DNA of 64,000 nucleotides. Origin: Pseudomonadota bacterium (lineage in GTDB: Bacteria; Pseudomonadota; Gammaproteobacteria; Burkholderiales; JAJZUU01). Every line of letters begins with the position of its first letter. The first letter of the stretch is position 1. Location: assembly GCA_021848325.1 (NCBI GenBank), contig JAJZUU010000009.1, forward strand, positions 1,580 through 65,579. The letters run 5' to 3'. Of the stretch, positions 15,276 to 27,448 are shown in pieces. The translations under genes and the position numbers were made by a program. The notes below the pieces were generated by a model. It was not told the origin of the DNA and made no database searches. It saw nothing but the letters and a program-made list of their open reading frames with translations.

Positions 15276-15776
15276 ATGAGCGAGCGAATCTCTGCACTGA
15301 TGGATGGCGAACTGGAAGACGATGAAGCCCTGGGGGCATTGACGGGGCGTGAGGGATTGCGCGAGGCCTGGTCTACCTATCATTTGATCGGCGACGCCTT
15401 GCGGCAAATGCCCAACCTGGCGCAGGAGACCGGACCCGGATTCGAGGCCCTCTTGGCCGCCGAGCCCACGGTTCTGGCCCCGCGAGCAATCCGCCCCGCC
15501 CGCCGCAAGCTGATGGCCTGGTCGGCGGCGGCCTCCTTCGCGGCAGTGGCGGTCGTATTGCTCGCCACGCTAAAACCCTCGACTGGCGATCTCCCGGGCG
15601 GTGGAATGCTTCAGCGGGGTCAGGTGGTGGCGGACGCCGGCGATTCTCAGCCCGACGGAAACATCAACCCCTATCTGCTGGCGCACCAGGAATTTTCGGC
15701 CACCGGTACCGTGCAAGGTGGGGCACCCTACGTGATGCGCGCGGCGTTCGATAGCCGGCGAGACATGGCGCCATGA
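15276..15776 (+). CDS. rseA: anti-sigma-E factor RseA/MucA
   Basis: N-terminus MSERISALMDGELEDDE with a central TM segment. Start is 2 nt after the rpoE stop. Confidence 0.88.
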   Translation: MSERISALMDGELEDDEALGALTGREGLREAWSTYHLIGDALRQMPNLAQETGPGFEALLAAEPTVLAPRAIRPARRKLMAWSAAASFAAVAVVLLATLKPSTGDLPGGGMLQRGQVVADAGDSQPDGNINPYLLAHQEFSATGTVQGGAPYVMRAAFDSRRDMAP

Positions 15777-16747
15777 GACGTATCGTTTGGACCTTCCTTT
15801 TTTTGGGCTTTCTCCCCGGCGCTTTGCGCGCCGAAACGGGACAGGGGGGCGAAGCCCTCAGTTGGCTGGAAAAGATTGCAGCGGCGGCGCACCAGCTAAA
15901 CTATTCCGGCACCTACGTTTATCAGTACGGCAACCGGGTAGAGACCTCACGGATCACCCATTATGTAGACGGGACCGGTGAGCGCGAGAAGCTCGAGGCG
16001 CTAGACGGCCCGCCCAGGGAGCTTATCCGGAACAACCGGGAGGTGCTGTGTTACCTGCCGGAAGACAATACAGTCACGGTGGAAAGGCATAGTGCCCGGA
16101 AGTTCTTTCCCGCTATCCTCCCCGAAAGGGCCGGCGCATTGGGGGCGTATTACACCATCAAGCTCGGGGGCCACGAGCGAGTGACCGGGCACGAGTGCCA
16201 AGTCGTGCTGCTGGAGCCGAAGGATGCATTTCGCTACGGCCACAAGCTATTGGCGGACGTTGCCACGGGTTTGCTGCTGAAAGCCAGCCAATTCAACGAA
16301 AAGAACGAGTTGGTGGACCAGTTTGCCTTTACCCAGATCGATATCGGCGGTCCTATCGACGAATCCCGGCTCAAGCCCAATCCATCCTGGAAAAAGCTGA
16401 CATGGCGCACGGATCCAGTCGTGGCCGGGAAGGCCGATGAGAACGATTCGAACTGGGTCGTATCCGACCTCCCTCCCGGGTTTCACAAGATCATGGAGAT
16501 GAAGCGCAAGCTGCCCGGCAGGAAAACGCCAGTGGAACACATGGTCTACTCCGACGGTCTGGTGGCGGTTTCCGTATTTGTCGAACCCATCGTCGGCAAG
16601 CGTCACCTGGCGGAGGGTTTTTCCAGCCAGGGCGTGATCAACGTCTACTCGAGGCCCATTTTCGGCCACCAGGTGACCGTGCTGGGCGAAGTGCCTGCGG
16701 CCACGGTGATGCAGATCGCCAACTCCGTATCGCGCAAACCGCGATAA
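15773..16747 (+). CDS. rseB: sigma-E regulatory protein RseB/MucB
   Basis: 324 aa with a signal peptide. MucB/RseB-like (LNYSGTYVYQ) and overlaps the rseA stop. Confidence 0.88.
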   Translation: MRRIVWTFLFLGFLPGALRAETGQGGEALSWLEKIAAAAHQLNYSGTYVYQYGNRVETSRITHYVDGTGEREKLEALDGPPRELIRNNREVLCYLPEDNTVTVERHSARKFFPAILPERAGALGAYYTIKLGGHERVTGHECQVVLLEPKDAFRYGHKLLADVATGLLLKASQFNEKNELVDQFAFTQIDIGGPIDESRLKPNPSWKKLTWRTDPVVAGKADENDSNWVVSDLPPGFHKIMEMKRKLPGRKTPVEHMVYSDGLVAVSVFVEPIVGKRHLAEGFSSQGVINVYSRPIFGHQVTVLGEVPAATVMQIANSVSRKPR

Positions 16748-16902
16748 GCAGAAATGACTGAGATCCGTTCCCTGCCGTGCGGAATTTGGTTGTCACACAG
16801 GCCCTTTCGGGCTAGGCTTCACTCGAAACCTGGCGGTCGCGGCTTAGCCAAGCCCTCCGGCGTCATCAGCCTTGCATCCTTTTTTTAAAGAAAAGTCGGC
16901 AA

Positions 16903-17385
16903 ATGCTTGAAACACAGGCCATAGTGATCCGGGTCGGGGAGGGTGTCGCCTACGTCGAGACCCGCCGACAATCCGGTTGCGGTCATTGCGATTCCAAGAA
17001 CGGTTGCGCCACCAGTAGCATCGGCAAGCTGTTCGGAGCCGACGGCGCCCGCTTCAGGGCATTGAATCCGGTGGGCGCGGGGGTGGGCGACAGCGTGCTG
17101 ATCGGCGTTGAGGACGGCGCGTTGTTCAAGAGTTCGCTGGCGGTATATCTTGTTCCGCTGCTGCTGGTGATATTGGGAGCCGCCTGGGCCGGCTCCGTTG
17201 CTCCCTCGTCCGCCGCTGCGGACGGATATTCAATCGCTGGTGCCTTTCTCGGGCTTGTCGCTGGCTACTTCTGGTTGCGGATATTGACTTCTGCGATCGG
17301 TTCGAGCCGCCGTTTCCAGCCGGTCATCCTGGGCAAGGTGCGCGAGCAGGGGTTCGTTCCCATGATGAAGGAATCCCAAGGATGA
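16903..17385 (+). CDS. rseC: RseC/MucC family protein
   Basis: 160 aa with CGHCDSKNGC motif followed by two TM helices. Confidence 0.8.
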   Translation: MLETQAIVIRVGEGVAYVETRRQSGCGHCDSKNGCATSSIGKLFGADGARFRALNPVGAGVGDSVLIGVEDGALFKSSLAVYLVPLLLVILGAAWAGSVAPSSAAADGYSIAGAFLGLVAGYFWLRILTSAIGSSRRFQPVILGKVREQGFVPMMKESQG

Positions 17386-18758
17386 AGCGCCTCGCCTTCG
17401 CTTTCGTTTTGTTCGCCTGCGCTAGCGGCCTTTCGGCGGCGAAGGAGTTGCCCGATTTCACGGCCTTGGTGGAGCAGCAAGGGCCGGCCGTGGTCAATGT
17501 CAGCACCATACAGGCAGTGCATCGGCCGCGGCAGCATCCGCCTATTCCGGGAATGCCGGAAAAGGAATTTCACGATTTTTTCCGGCGTTTTGTACCTCCT
17601 GGCGGGGTGCCGGGCGCCTTCGAAAGCAAGTCGCGCGGTTCCGGATTCATTATCAGTTCGGACGGATACATTCTTACCAACGCCCACGTGTTGCAAGATG
17701 CCGAAGAGATCATCGTCGGCCTGACCGGCGGGCACGAATACAAGGCCAGGGTCGTCGGCAGCGACGGAAAGACGGACGTGGCCTTGCTCAAGGTCGACGC
17801 CCACGGCTTGCCGAAGGTCAAGATCGGGGACCCCAGGCGGCTTAAGGTGGGAGAATGGGTGGCGGCCATAGGCTCCCCCTTTGGTTTCGAGAACTCGGTC
17901 ACCGCGGGGATTGTGAGCGCCAAGGGGCGGTTGTTGCCCCAGGAGGACTATGTGCCCTTCATCCAGACCGACGTGGCCATCAATCCGGGAAACTCGGGGG
18001 GGCCGCTGTTCAATCTGAAGGGCGAGGTGGTGGGCATCAACTCGCAGATCTACAGCCGAACCGGTGGGTCGATGGGGCTTTCCTTCGCAATCCCCATCGA
18101 CGTGGCGATGGAGGTGGCCCAGCAGTTGCGCGTCCATGGCAAGGTCACCCGCGGTTGGCTGGGGATCATGGTGCAGGAGATCAACGACGAGTTGGCCGGG
18201 GCGTTCGGGCTCGATAAGCCGGGAGGCGCGCTGATAACCGCCGTGCAGAAAGACGGCCCGGCGGACAAAGGAGGGCTGCGCCCCAGCGACGTGGTGCTCG
18301 CGTTCAACGGCAAGAAGGTGAGTGACTCCAGCGAATTGCCGCGGCTGATAGACGCGACCAAGCCCGGTACCAGGGTAGCTCTACAGGTTTGGCGCAATCA
18401 GGGCGTGCGGGAAGTGGGCGTGGTAGTGGGCGAATTGCCCGGGGATAAGCCGGTGCCTGTCCGGACGCCGGCCAAGAACGCCAATAAGGTCGGCCTGGTG
18501 CTGAGCGAGTTGACCCCGGAGCAGGAACAGCAGTATGGGGTAACGGCTGGTCTGCTGGTGCAAGAGGCACAGGGGGCCGCAGCACTGGCGGGTGTCAGGC
18601 GTGGAGATATCATCCTAGCCCTGGGCCGTCAGGCGACATCCGGTGTGGAGCAGTTTAACCAACTCATATCCGAGCACGAAGCGGGCCGTAGCGTCCCCAT
18701 GCTGCTGCGGCGCGGCAACAATGTCTTGTACGTCGCCCTCGGTCTCGATGGCAAATAG
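17382..18758 (+). CDS. degP: periplasmic serine endoprotease DegP/MucD (HtrA family)
   Basis: Signal peptide, trypsin-like domain (TNAHV, GNSGGPLFN) and two PDZ-like regions. Confidence 0.93.
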   Translation: MKRLAFAFVLFACASGLSAAKELPDFTALVEQQGPAVVNVSTIQAVHRPRQHPPIPGMPEKEFHDFFRRFVPPGGVPGAFESKSRGSGFIISSDGYILTNAHVLQDAEEIIVGLTGGHEYKARVVGSDGKTDVALLKVDAHGLPKVKIGDPRRLKVGEWVAAIGSPFGFENSVTAGIVSAKGRLLPQEDYVPFIQTDVAINPGNSGGPLFNLKGEVVGINSQIYSRTGGSMGLSFAIPIDVAMEVAQQLRVHGKVTRGWLGIMVQEINDELAGAFGLDKPGGALITAVQKDGPADKGGLRPSDVVLAFNGKKVSDSSELPRLIDATKPGTRVALQVWRNQGVREVGVVVGELPGDKPVPVRTPAKNANKVGLVLSELTPEQEQQYGVTAGLLVQEAQGAAALAGVRRGDIILALGRQATSGVEQFNQLISEHEAGRSVPMLLRRGNNVLYVALGLDGK

Positions 18759-18909
18759 CAGAATTCCAGAACTGACGCCGTATATCCGCGAATCCTGCCA
18801 TTTGTGCCCAAATCGCGCCGCACTGGATGCTTACTTGGTGAAAATCCGATAAAATAAGCCACTCGGAACGAAGGGCACTCACCGTGCCCTTTTTTGCTAC
18901 CTTCTTCGT

Positions 18910-20703
18910 ATGAATCATATCCGCAATTTTTCCATTATCGCCCACATCGATCACGGCAAATCCACTTTGGCCGACCGCTTCATCCAATTGTGCGGGGGGC
19001 TGAGCGAACGGGAAATGGAAGCCCAGGTCCTCGATTCCATGGACCTGGAGCGGGAACGGGGCATCACCATCAAGGCGCAGACCGCGGCCCTGCAATACAA
19101 GGCGCGGGACGGAAAGACCTATCTGCTCAACCTGATTGACACTCCGGGCCATGTGGATTTTTCCTACGAGGTGTCCCGCTCCCTGGCCGCCTGCGAAGGG
19201 GCTCTGCTGGTGGTGGACGCTTCCCAAGGGGTTGAGGCCCAGACGGTGGCCAATTGCTACACCGCCACTGAGCAGGGGGTAGAGGTGCTGCCGGTCCTCA
19301 ACAAGATCGACCTGCCATCGGCCGAGCCCGAGCGGGTGATCCAGGAAATCGAGGACATCATCGGCATCGACGCCAAGGACGCGGTCCGAGCCAGCGCCAA
19401 GACCGGGCTGGGAGTGGAGGATATCCTGGAGGCGGTGATCCAGCGCATCCCGCCGCCCAAGGGGGACCCGGGCCTGCCGCTCAAGGCGCTGATCATCGAT
19501 TCCTGGTTCGACAATTACGTGGGCGTGGTGATGCTGGTGCGGGTGGTCGACGGGGTGCTGAGGCCCAAGGACAGGATCCGCCTGATGGCCGCCGATGCCA
19601 CCTTTTTGTGCGAGCACGTGGGGGTGTTCGCTCCCAAGTCCAGAAATCTGGAGCAACTCTCAGCGGGCGAGGTAGGCTTCATAATCGCCGGCATTAAGGA
19701 ATTGAAGGCCGCCAAGGTGGGCGATACGGTCACCCTGGCGGACAGGCCCGCCGGCGAAGCGCTGCCCGGTTTCAAGGAGGTCAAGCCCCAGGTGTTCGCC
19801 GGCCTCTATCCGGTGGAGTCCCACGATTACGACGCCCTGCGCGACGCCCTGGAAAAGCTGAAGCTCAACGACGCTTCGCTGCAATACGAGCCGGAGACCT
19901 CCCAGGCACTGGGGTTCGGCTTCCGTTGCGGTTTCCTCGGACTGCTCCACCTGGATATCGTGCAGGAGCGCCTGGAACGGGAATACGACATGGACCTGAT
20001 CACCACCGCCCCCACGGTGGTGTATCAGGTAGCCCTGCGCGACGGGACGGTGACGGAGATCGAAAACCCGTCCAAGTTGCCGGAGCTGTCCCGGGTGGAG
20101 GAGATTCGCGAGCCGATCATCACCGCCACCATCCTGGTGCCCCAGGAGTACGTCGGGGCGGTGATCACCCTGTGCACCCAGAAGCGGGGGGTGCAGAGCA
20201 ACATGCAATACCTGGGGCGGCAGGTGATGCTGACCTACGAAATGCCCATGAACGAAGTGGTAATGGACTTCTTTGACAAGCTGAAATCGGTCAGCCGCGG
20301 CTATGCCTCCCTGGACTATGAGTTCAAGATGTTCCGCGCCGCCGACCTGGTGCGCCTGGACATCCTGGTGAACGGCGACCGGGTGGACGCCCTGTCGGTG
20401 ATCGTGCATCGTGCCTCCTCGCAGTACCGGGGCAGGGAACTGGCCGCCAAGATGCGGGAGCTGATCCCGCGCCAGATGTACGATGTGGCCGTGCAGGCGG
20501 CGATCGGCTCCCACATCATCGCGCGGGAGAATGTCAAGGCGCTGCGCAAGAACGTTCTGGCCAAGTGCTATGGGGGCGACATCACGCGCAAGCGCAAACT
20601 GCTGGAAAAGCAGAAGGCCGGGAAAAAACGCATGAAGCAGGTGGGGAACGTGGAAATTCCACAGGAGGCGTTCCTGGCCATCCTAAGGGTCGAGGGCAAA
20701 TGA
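18910..20703 (+). CDS. lepA: elongation factor 4 (LepA)
   Basis: 597 aa with [20 protein letters not shown] and DTPGHVDF motifs. Confidence 0.97.
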   Translation: MNHIRNFSIIAHIDHGKSTLADRFIQLCGGLSEREMEAQVLDSMDLERERGITIKAQTAALQYKARDGKTYLLNLIDTPGHVDFSYEVSRSLAACEGALLVVDASQGVEAQTVANCYTATEQGVEVLPVLNKIDLPSAEPERVIQEIEDIIGIDAKDAVRASAKTGLGVEDILEAVIQRIPPPKGDPGLPLKALIIDSWFDNYVGVVMLVRVVDGVLRPKDRIRLMAADATFLCEHVGVFAPKSRNLEQLSAGEVGFIIAGIKELKAAKVGDTVTLADRPAGEALPGFKEVKPQVFAGLYPVESHDYDALRDALEKLKLNDASLQYEPETSQALGFGFRCGFLGLLHLDIVQERLEREYDMDLITTAPTVVYQVALRDGTVTEIENPSKLPELSRVEEIREPIITATILVPQEYVGAVITLCTQKRGVQSNMQYLGRQVMLTYEMPMNEVVMDFFDKLKSVSRGYASLDYEFKMFRAADLVRLDILVNGDRVDALSVIVHRASSQYRGRELAAKMRELIPRQMYDVAVQAAIGSHIIARENVKALRKNVLAKCYGGDITRKRKLLEKQKAGKKRMKQVGNVEIPQEAFLAILRVEGK

Positions 20704-20791
20704 GCGACGAGCTTTCCGGCGGTCCGGAAGACGGTGAGCTTCAAGGCATGCCCTTCATCCAAGGCTCATAAAACAACAACGGAGAAACCGA

Positions 20792-21595
20792 ATGGATTTC
20801 GCATTATTCATGTTCGTCGCACTGGTGGTCACCGGGACGGTCTGGCTGCTAGACCATTTTATCGGCCGCCGCCACCGCCCCGCCGACGGGAAGGAGCCTT
20901 GGTGGGTCGAGTATTCGAAGAGTTTCTTCCCGGTCATCCTGCTGGTGTTCTTGCTGAGGTCCTTCCTGGTGGAGCCCTTCAAGATCCCTTCCGGGTCCAT
21001 GATCCCCACCCTGCTGGTGGGGGATTTCATTCTGGTAAACAAGTTCGACTACGGTATCCGGCTGCCGATCATCAACCGAAAGATTATCGACGTGGGTGAG
21101 CCGAAGCGGGGCGACGTGATGGTCTTCCGGTACCCCAAGGATCCTTCCGTGGATTACATCAAACGGGTGGTGGGATTGCCGGGTGACACGGTAACCTACC
21201 GGGACAAGCGCCTCACCATCAACGGCAATCCGGTCCAGGCCAAGCCGGACGGCGATTACAGCTATGTGGAGGCGGGCCTGAATTACGCTACCACGCAACG
21301 CTATGTCGAAACCCTCGGCAGCCATGTCCACTCGATCATCACCCAGCCGGACATGGATACCTATCTGCCGGGACAGGTGGAGGATTTCCCCCACAAGGGC
21401 AACTGCGTATACCGGGAAACCGGATTTACCTGCGTGGTGCCCAAGGACAACTACTTCATGATGGGGGATAACCGTGACCGCAGCAACGACAGCCGTTATT
21501 GGGGTTTCGTGCCGGAGCGCAACATCGTCGGCAAGGCATTCATGGTCTGGTGGAACTTCGACCACTTCAACCGGATCGGGAAGTTTCTCAACTGA
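20792..21595 (+). CDS. lepB: signal peptidase I
   Basis: 267 aa with IPSGSMIPTL and GDNRDRSNDSRYWGFV motifs. Confidence 0.95.
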   Translation: MDFALFMFVALVVTGTVWLLDHFIGRRHRPADGKEPWWVEYSKSFFPVILLVFLLRSFLVEPFKIPSGSMIPTLLVGDFILVNKFDYGIRLPIINRKIIDVGEPKRGDVMVFRYPKDPSVDYIKRVVGLPGDTVTYRDKRLTINGNPVQAKPDGDYSYVEAGLNYATTQRYVETLGSHVHSIITQPDMDTYLPGQVEDFPHKGNCVYRETGFTCVVPKDNYFMMGDNRDRSNDSRYWGFVPERNIVGKAFMVWWNFDHFNRIGKFLN

Positions 21596-21606
21596 GGGAG
21601 GACGGT

Positions 21607-21963
21607 ATGGAACGGCAAAGAGGCGCGACCTTTATCGGAATGCTCGTCATCGCGGCGCTGGTAATATTCGTTGCCGTCATCGGGATCAAACTTACGCCCA
21701 GTTATATCGAATACTGGTCGGTCAAGAAGATACTGGCCGCCATGGCCCAGGACCCGGCCTTGCAAGGCATGTCCCCGAGAGAGGTCCGCGCCTCGTTCGA
21801 CAGGAGGGCGGACATCGACGACGTGAACAGCGTCAAGGGAAACGACTTGGACATCTCCAGGGAAGACGGGAAGCCGGTGGTGGGGGTGGCCTATTCCGTC
21901 AAGGTGCACCTGTTCGGCAATGTCAACGCCTGCCTGGACTTCAGTGCCTCTACTGCGAAATAG
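21607..21963 (+). CDS. DUF4845-like small membrane-anchored protein
   Basis: 118 aa with N-terminal MERQRGATFIGMLVIAALV (pilin-like leader plus TM). Conserved lepB-rnc intergenic gene in proteobacteria. Confidence 0.7.
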   Translation: MERQRGATFIGMLVIAALVIFVAVIGIKLTPSYIEYWSVKKILAAMAQDPALQGMSPREVRASFDRRADIDDVNSVKGNDLDISREDGKPVVGVAYSVKVHLFGNVNACLDFSASTAK

Positions 21964-21999
21964 GGGCATGACCGGGTTTTCCGCGGATATCTCGCTAGC

Positions 22000-22671
22000 G
22001 TGAAACGCAGTATCATTTGCCGCCAACTGGGCTACGAGTTCAACACGCCCGCGCTGTTCAAGCAGGCGCTGACCCATCGCAGCTTCGGCATGCCCCACAA
22101 CGAGCGGCTGGAGTTTCTCGGCGACAGCGTGCTCAATTGCGTCATCGCGAACCAGTTGTACCACCAATACCCGCGCCTGCCGGAGGGCGATCTGAGCCGC
22201 CTCAGGGCCCATCTCGTCAACAAGCAGACCCTTTATGAGATCGCGCAGTCGCTTCACCTGGGCGATCACGTGCTGTTGGGGGAAGGCGAACTGAAAAGCG
22301 GAGGATTCCGGCGCCCTTCCATCCTGGCGGACACCCTGGAGGCCATTTTCGGCGCGGTCTTTCTGGACAACGGTTTTGTCGCGGCGGAGAAGGTAATCGG
22401 CCGCCTGTATGCCCCCCTGCTGCAGGGGCTCGACGCCAAGAACATGGGGAAGGACTCGAAAACCCTGCTGCAGGAGTATCTGCAAGGGCACCGGATTCCC
22501 CTGCCGAGCTATTCGGTGGTCGCCACCCACGGGGAGGCCCATCAGCAGCATTTCGAGGTGGAATGCCTGATCCCCGAGTTGAATATCCGTTCCCGCGGCG
22601 ATGGCCCGAGCAGGCGCAGTGCGGAACAGAGCGCCGCCAAAGAGGCCTACCGGCTGGCCACGGAGACTTAG
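22000..22671 (+). CDS. rnc: ribonuclease III
   Basis: GTG start; [12 protein letters not shown] signature and a C-terminal dsRBD. Confidence 0.95.
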   Translation: MKRSIICRQLGYEFNTPALFKQALTHRSFGMPHNERLEFLGDSVLNCVIANQLYHQYPRLPEGDLSRLRAHLVNKQTLYEIAQSLHLGDHVLLGEGELKSGGFRRPSILADTLEAIFGAVFLDNGFVAAEKVIGRLYAPLLQGLDAKNMGKDSKTLLQEYLQGHRIPLPSYSVVATHGEAHQQHFEVECLIPELNIRSRGDGPSRRSAEQSAAKEAYRLATET

Positions 22672-22676
22672 CAGCC

Positions 22677-23567
22677 ATGCACAACACCGATTTTCGCGCC
22701 GGATTCATCGCCATCGTGGGTCGCCCCAATGTGGGCAAATCCACCCTGCTCAACCGCCTGGTCGGGCAAAAGGTCAGCATTACCTCGCGCAAGGCGCAAA
22801 CGACGCGGCACCGTATCACCGGCATCCTCACCGATGAGCGGGCGCAGTATGTGTTCGTGGACACCCCCGGTTTCCAGACGCAATACCAGTCCGCGTTGAA
22901 CCGGGTCATGAACCGGACCGTGACCCAAACCCTGCACGATGTGGACGCGGTTTTGTTCGTCATCGAGGCACTGCGCTTCGATAACGGGGATCAGCGGGTG
23001 CTCGACCTGCTGCCCAGGGAGCGCCCGGTGCTGCTGGTGATCAACAAGGTGGACAAGCTCTCCGACAAGGCCCAGTTGCTGCCGTTTATCCAACGGATTT
23101 CGGAGCTGTTCCCCTTCACCGCGATCGTTCCGGTGAGCGCCGAGCAGGGTGCGCAGTTGTCCGAACTGTTGCAGGAAATTCGGCCGCTGCTGCCCGTTGG
23201 TCAGCCCCTCTTCGGCGAAGACGAGATCACCGACCGCAATGAACGTTTCCTGGCCGCCGAACTGATCCGGGAAAAGTTGTTCCGCCTGTTGGGCGACGAA
23301 ATCCCGTACTCCACCAGCGTGCTGGTGGAGAAGTTTGAACTCGACGGCGCCCTGCGGCGCATCCACGCCGCCATCATCGTGGACAAGCCGGGCCAGAAGG
23401 CCATCGTGATCGGAAAAAAGGGCGAGAAGCTCAAGACCATCGCGACCCAGGCGCGCCAGGACATGGAAAAGCTGTTCGGCGGCAAGGTTTACCTGGAAGT
23501 CTGGGTCAAGGTCAGGGGAGGGTGGGCGGACGACGAGCGGGTGGTGAAGCGTTTGGGGTACGAGTAG
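22677..23567 (+). CDS. era: GTPase Era
   Basis: [18 protein letters not shown] and DTPG motifs with a KH domain C-terminus. Start moved to ATG 22677. Confidence 0.96.
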   Translation: MHNTDFRAGFIAIVGRPNVGKSTLLNRLVGQKVSITSRKAQTTRHRITGILTDERAQYVFVDTPGFQTQYQSALNRVMNRTVTQTLHDVDAVLFVIEALRFDNGDQRVLDLLPRERPVLLVINKVDKLSDKAQLLPFIQRISELFPFTAIVPVSAEQGAQLSELLQEIRPLLPVGQPLFGEDEITDRNERFLAAELIREKLFRLLGDEIPYSTSVLVEKFELDGALRRIHAAIIVDKPGQKAIVIGKKGEKLKTIATQARQDMEKLFGGKVYLEVWVKVRGGWADDERVVKRLGYE

Positions 23568-23585
23568 GGGCCAGGCAGGTCAGTC

Positions 23586-24317
23586 ATGAGCAGTGGCGAA
23601 AAGGGCCGGCAGGAGGCACAGCCTGCCTATGTGTTGCACAGTTACCCGTTCCGTGAAACCAGCCTGGTGGTCGAAGTCTTCAGCCGCGACTTCGGGCGTC
23701 TGCCGCTGGTCGCCCGCGGCGCGCGCCGGCCGAAATCCGCGGTGCGAGGCCTGCTTCTGTCGTTCCAGCCGCTACTGCTGAGTTGGTTCGGGAAGTCGGA
23801 AGTGCGCACCCTGCACCGTGCCGAATGGCAGGGCGGGCAACCTCAGTTGCAGGGGCTGGCCCTGATCTGCGGCTTCTACCTGAACGAACTGCTGATGCGG
23901 CTGCTGCACCGGGAGGACCCTCACGAGAAGCTCTTCCTGTGCTACCGGCGCGCCTTGCAGGCCCTGGCCGGGGAGGGCGAGTACGCTACCATCCTGCGCC
24001 GCTTCGAGAAGTGCCTGCTGCAGGAACTGGGCTATGCCTTGTCGCTGGAGCACGATGCCGAGAGCGGCGAACCGGTTGCGCCGGATCGCCTCTACGCCTA
24101 CCAGATCGAGCGCGGTCCCCTGCTGGACCAGGCCGGGCCCGGCCGAAACGGTGTACAATTGCTGGGCAAGACGCTGCTGGACATGGCCGCGGATGACTAT
24201 GCCGACCCCGTTACCTTGCAGCAGAGCAAGGCGCTGATGCGCACGCTCATCAACCATTACCTGGGGGAAAAACCCCTGCACACCCGGCAACTCCTCAAGG
24301 ACGTGCAGCAATCATGA
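23586..24317 (+). CDS. recO: DNA repair protein RecO
   Basis: 243 aa in the conserved era-recO-pdxJ order, with N-terminal OB-fold-like [19 protein letters not shown]. Confidence 0.88.
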   Translation: MSSGEKGRQEAQPAYVLHSYPFRETSLVVEVFSRDFGRLPLVARGARRPKSAVRGLLLSFQPLLLSWFGKSEVRTLHRAEWQGGQPQLQGLALICGFYLNELLMRLLHREDPHEKLFLCYRRALQALAGEGEYATILRRFEKCLLQELGYALSLEHDAESGEPVAPDRLYAYQIERGPLLDQAGPGRNGVQLLGKTLLDMAADDYADPVTLQQSKALMRTLINHYLGEKPLHTRQLLKDVQQS

Positions 24318-25045
24318 TCTGCCTGGGCGTTAACATAGACCATATCGCCACCCTGCGGCAGGCCCGCGGCACCCGCTACCCTAGCCCGGCGCAGGCTGCC
24401 TTGATGGCCGAGTCCGCCGGGGCGGACGCCATCACCCTGCACCTGCGCGAGGACCGTCGCCACATCCGGGACGCGGACGTGGAGATCCTGCGCCAGTTGC
24501 TGCAGACCAGAATGAACCTGGAAATGGCGGTCACCGACGAGATGCTGGCTGTCGCGCTGCGGGTGAAGCCCCATGACGTCTGCCTGGTGCCCGAGCGGCG
24601 TCAGGAGTTGACCACAGAGGGCGGGCTGGACGTGGCCGCCCATTTCGACAAGGTGGCCCACGCCTGCCGCGTGCTGGGCCAGGCCGGGATACGGGTTTCT
24701 TTGTTCGTCGACGCGGACCGGGAACAACTGCAGGCGGCCCGGGATGCGGGCGCCCCGGTGGTGGAAATCCACACCGGGCATTATGCGGATGCCGCCGATC
24801 CGGTGCGGGAACAACGGGAGTTCGAACGAGTTGCCGCCTGCGCCGAACAGGGCGCCGCCCTGGGGCTGCACGTCAACGCCGGCCATGGGCTGCACTACCA
24901 CAACGTGCAGCGGATCGCCGCCATTCCCGCGGTGCGCGAACTCAACATCGGCCATGCGATCGTGGCCCACGCGCTGTTCGTGGGATGGGACCGGGCGGTG
25001 CGCGAAATGAAGGCGATGATGTCGGCCGCACGCGCCCGGTCATGA
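24314..25045 (+). CDS. pdxJ: pyridoxine 5'-phosphate synthase
   Basis: [16 protein letters not shown] and HLREDRRHI motifs. Confidence 0.95.
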   Translation: MICLGVNIDHIATLRQARGTRYPSPAQAALMAESAGADAITLHLREDRRHIRDADVEILRQLLQTRMNLEMAVTDEMLAVALRVKPHDVCLVPERRQELTTEGGLDVAAHFDKVAHACRVLGQAGIRVSLFVDADREQLQAARDAGAPVVEIHTGHYADAADPVREQREFERVAACAEQGAALGLHVNAGHGLHYHNVQRIAAIPAVRELNIGHAIVAHALFVGWDRAVREMKAMMSAARARS

Positions 25046-25434
25046 TCTACGGGATCGGCTCGGACATCGTGGCCGTGGAGCGTATCCGCCGGCTGCTGAC
25101 CGCCTACGGCGACACCTTTGCGCGGCGCATCCTGGCCCCGGAGGAGTGGGACGCCTATCGCGCGAGTGCGAACCCGGCAAACGTGCTGGCCAAGCGCTTC
25201 GCCGCCAAGGAGGCCCTTGCCAAGGCGCTGGGTACCGGGCTCAGGCATCCGGTCAGCCTGCGCAACATCAGCATTATCCACAATGGATTGGGCCGGCCGG
25301 AATTCAGTCTGAGCCCGGAACTGGCGCAACTGCTCCGGCAACGGGGCGTCGGTCGCCAGCATCTGTCGCTGAGCGACGAAAAGGACCTGGCCTGCGCCTT
25401 TGTCGTGTTGGAACAATCGATCGGAACGTCGTAA
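25042..25434 (+). CDS. acpS: holo-[acyl-carrier-protein] synthase
   Basis: N-terminus [15 protein letters not shown] and [14 protein letters not shown] motif. ATGA overlap with pdxJ. Confidence 0.93.
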   Translation: MIYGIGSDIVAVERIRRLLTAYGDTFARRILAPEEWDAYRASANPANVLAKRFAAKEALAKALGTGLRHPVSLRNISIIHNGLGRPEFSLSPELAQLLRQRGVGRQHLSLSDEKDLACAFVVLEQSIGTS

Positions 25435-25437
25435 ATC

Positions 25438-26514
25438 ATGTCGCTTGGCCCTGTCATGCTGGATATCCTCGGCACCGAACTCACCGCCGAGGAGCGCGAG
25501 AAACTGACCCACCCGCTCACCGGCGGGGTCATCCTGTTCAGCCGGAACTACCAGTCCCCTGGCCATCTGCTGGCCCTGACCTCGGCCATCCACGCCCTGC
25601 GGACCCCGCCGCTGCTGATCGCCGTCGATCAGGAAGGGGGCAGGGTGCAGCGCTTCCGGGAAGGTTTCACCCGGATACCGCCCATGCGCGAACTGGGCCG
25701 TATTTGGGACCGGCACCCCCATCAGGCCAAGATCCTCGCCCACAAGACGGGCTACGTGCTGGCCTCGGAGCTGCGCGCCTGCGGCGTGGATTTCAGCTTC
25801 GCTCCGGTGCTGGATGTGGATTATGGGCAAAGCGGAGTGATCGGCGACCGCGCCTTTCACCGCGACCCCCAGGCCATCGCCGAAATGGCGCATGGTCTCA
25901 TGCTGGGCTTCAAGCAGGCGGGGATGGCCAGCGTCGGCAAACATTTTCCCGGGCACGGCTTCATCCGCGCGGATTCCCATCTGGAGGTGCCGCTGGATGG
26001 CCGGGATTTCGCCGATATCGAGATGGACGATCTGGTGCCGTTCAGGCAAATGATCGATTTCGGGCTTGCCGGGATCATGCCCGCCCACGTGATCTATCCC
26101 AAGGTGGACAGCCTTCCCGCGGGCTTTTCCAGGATCTGGCTCAAGCACATACTGCGCCGGGACATGGGCTTCGACGGCGCCCTTTTCAGCGACGACCTGA
26201 GCATGGCGGGGGCGGCTGTGGCGGGCGGTATCGTGGAACGGGCCGAGGCGGCCCTGGGGGCGGGCTGCGACATGGCTCTGGTGTGCAACGACCCGGCCGC
26301 GGCGGAGCGGCTGCTGGACAAGCTGCGCTGGCAGATGCCGGCGGTGAGCGTGGCGCGGCTGGTGCGCATGCACGGCCGGCCTCACCCGGAATCCCTGGTG
26401 AGGCTGCACGAGCAGGCGGATTTCGTCAACGCGGTGCACGCGGTGGCCGGGTTTGGATTCAGCAGCGGCGAGCTTCCGCTGCAGGCGGGCGGGGCGGGCG
26501 ACGATGGGCAATAG
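25438..26514 (+). CDS. nagZ: beta-N-acetylhexosaminidase NagZ
   Basis: GH3 motifs ([28 protein letters not shown]). Confidence 0.93.
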   Translation: MSLGPVMLDILGTELTAEEREKLTHPLTGGVILFSRNYQSPGHLLALTSAIHALRTPPLLIAVDQEGGRVQRFREGFTRIPPMRELGRIWDRHPHQAKILAHKTGYVLASELRACGVDFSFAPVLDVDYGQSGVIGDRAFHRDPQAIAEMAHGLMLGFKQAGMASVGKHFPGHGFIRADSHLEVPLDGRDFADIEMDDLVPFRQMIDFGLAGIMPAHVIYPKVDSLPAGFSRIWLKHILRRDMGFDGALFSDDLSMAGAAVAGGIVERAEAALGAGCDMALVCNDPAAAERLLDKLRWQMPAVSVARLVRMHGRPHPESLVRLHEQADFVNAVHAVAGFGFSSGELPLQAGGAGDDGQ

Positions 26515-27439
26515 CCATACCCACCATCATGAGCACGCCCATCATGGCGGCGGCGCCCAGTTCCGCTGGGCGTTGCTGATCACGCTGGCCTTCGCCATCA
26601 TCGAAAGCCTGGGCGGCTACTGGTCAGGGTCGCTCGCACTGCTGGGGGACGCCGGTCACATGTTTTCCGACGCGGTGGCCCTGGGCTTGGCCGCGCTGGC
26701 CGCCTGGATCGCCAAGCGCCCGCCTTCGGCCCGCCTGTCCTACGGCTTCGTCCGTGCCGAGGTGGTAACCGCCCTGCTCAACGGACTGATCATGCTGCTG
26801 GTGGTCACCGGCATCGCGATAGAGGCGGTGGAGCGCCTCAGCAGACCGCAGCCGGTGGCGGGGGGGATGGTAATCGCCGTGGCCGCCGCGGGGCTCGTCG
26901 CAAACGTGGTGGTGGCCTTCGTGCTGAGCCGGGGCGAGCAAAGCATCAACTCCCGCGCAGCGCTGCTCCACGTTATGGGGGACCTGCTGGGTTCCATCGC
27001 CGCCCTGATCGCGGGGGCGGTCATTTATGCCACCGGGTGGATGCCCATAGACCCCATCCTTTCCCTGCTGGTCGCCGGCCTGATCCTGTTTTCCACCCTC
27101 AATCTGCTGCGGGAGGCGTTCTACGTACTGATGGAAGGGGTGCCGCCGCACCTGCAACTGGAAAACGTGGGATATGAAATGGCGAAAGTGGCGGGAGTGC
27201 GCGGGGTGCACGATTTGCACATCTGGAACCTCTCTACCGGCCGGGCGGCGCTTTCCGCCCACCTGGAGATGGATGACCTGAATTCCTGGCAGCCGATCCT
27301 GGCGGGCATGCGCGCCATGCTCCACGAGAGATTCGAGATCGACCATATCACGCTGCAGCCCGAGCTCGCGGAGGGGATCAGGCAGCCCTACACGGCGGAC
27401 ATCCCCATCCATCCGAAGAAGGCGCCGGCACGAAGGTGA
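26504..27439 (+). CDS. cation diffusion facilitator (CzcD/ZitB-type) transporter
   Basis: His-rich N-terminus ([16 protein letters not shown]), six TM segments, [11 protein letters not shown] and HVMGDLLGS motifs. Start moved to ATG 26504, overlapping the nagZ end. Confidence 0.88.
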   Translation: MGNSHTHHHEHAHHGGGAQFRWALLITLAFAIIESLGGYWSGSLALLGDAGHMFSDAVALGLAALAAWIAKRPPSARLSYGFVRAEVVTALLNGLIMLLVVTGIAIEAVERLSRPQPVAGGMVIAVAAAGLVANVVVAFVLSRGEQSINSRAALLHVMGDLLGSIAALIAGAVIYATGWMPIDPILSLLVAGLILFSTLNLLREAFYVLMEGVPPHLQLENVGYEMAKVAGVRGVHDLHIWNLSTGRAALSAHLEMDDLNSWQPILAGMRAMLHERFEIDHITLQPELAEGIRQPYTADIPIHPKKAPARR

Positions 27440-27448
27440 GCGGGCAGG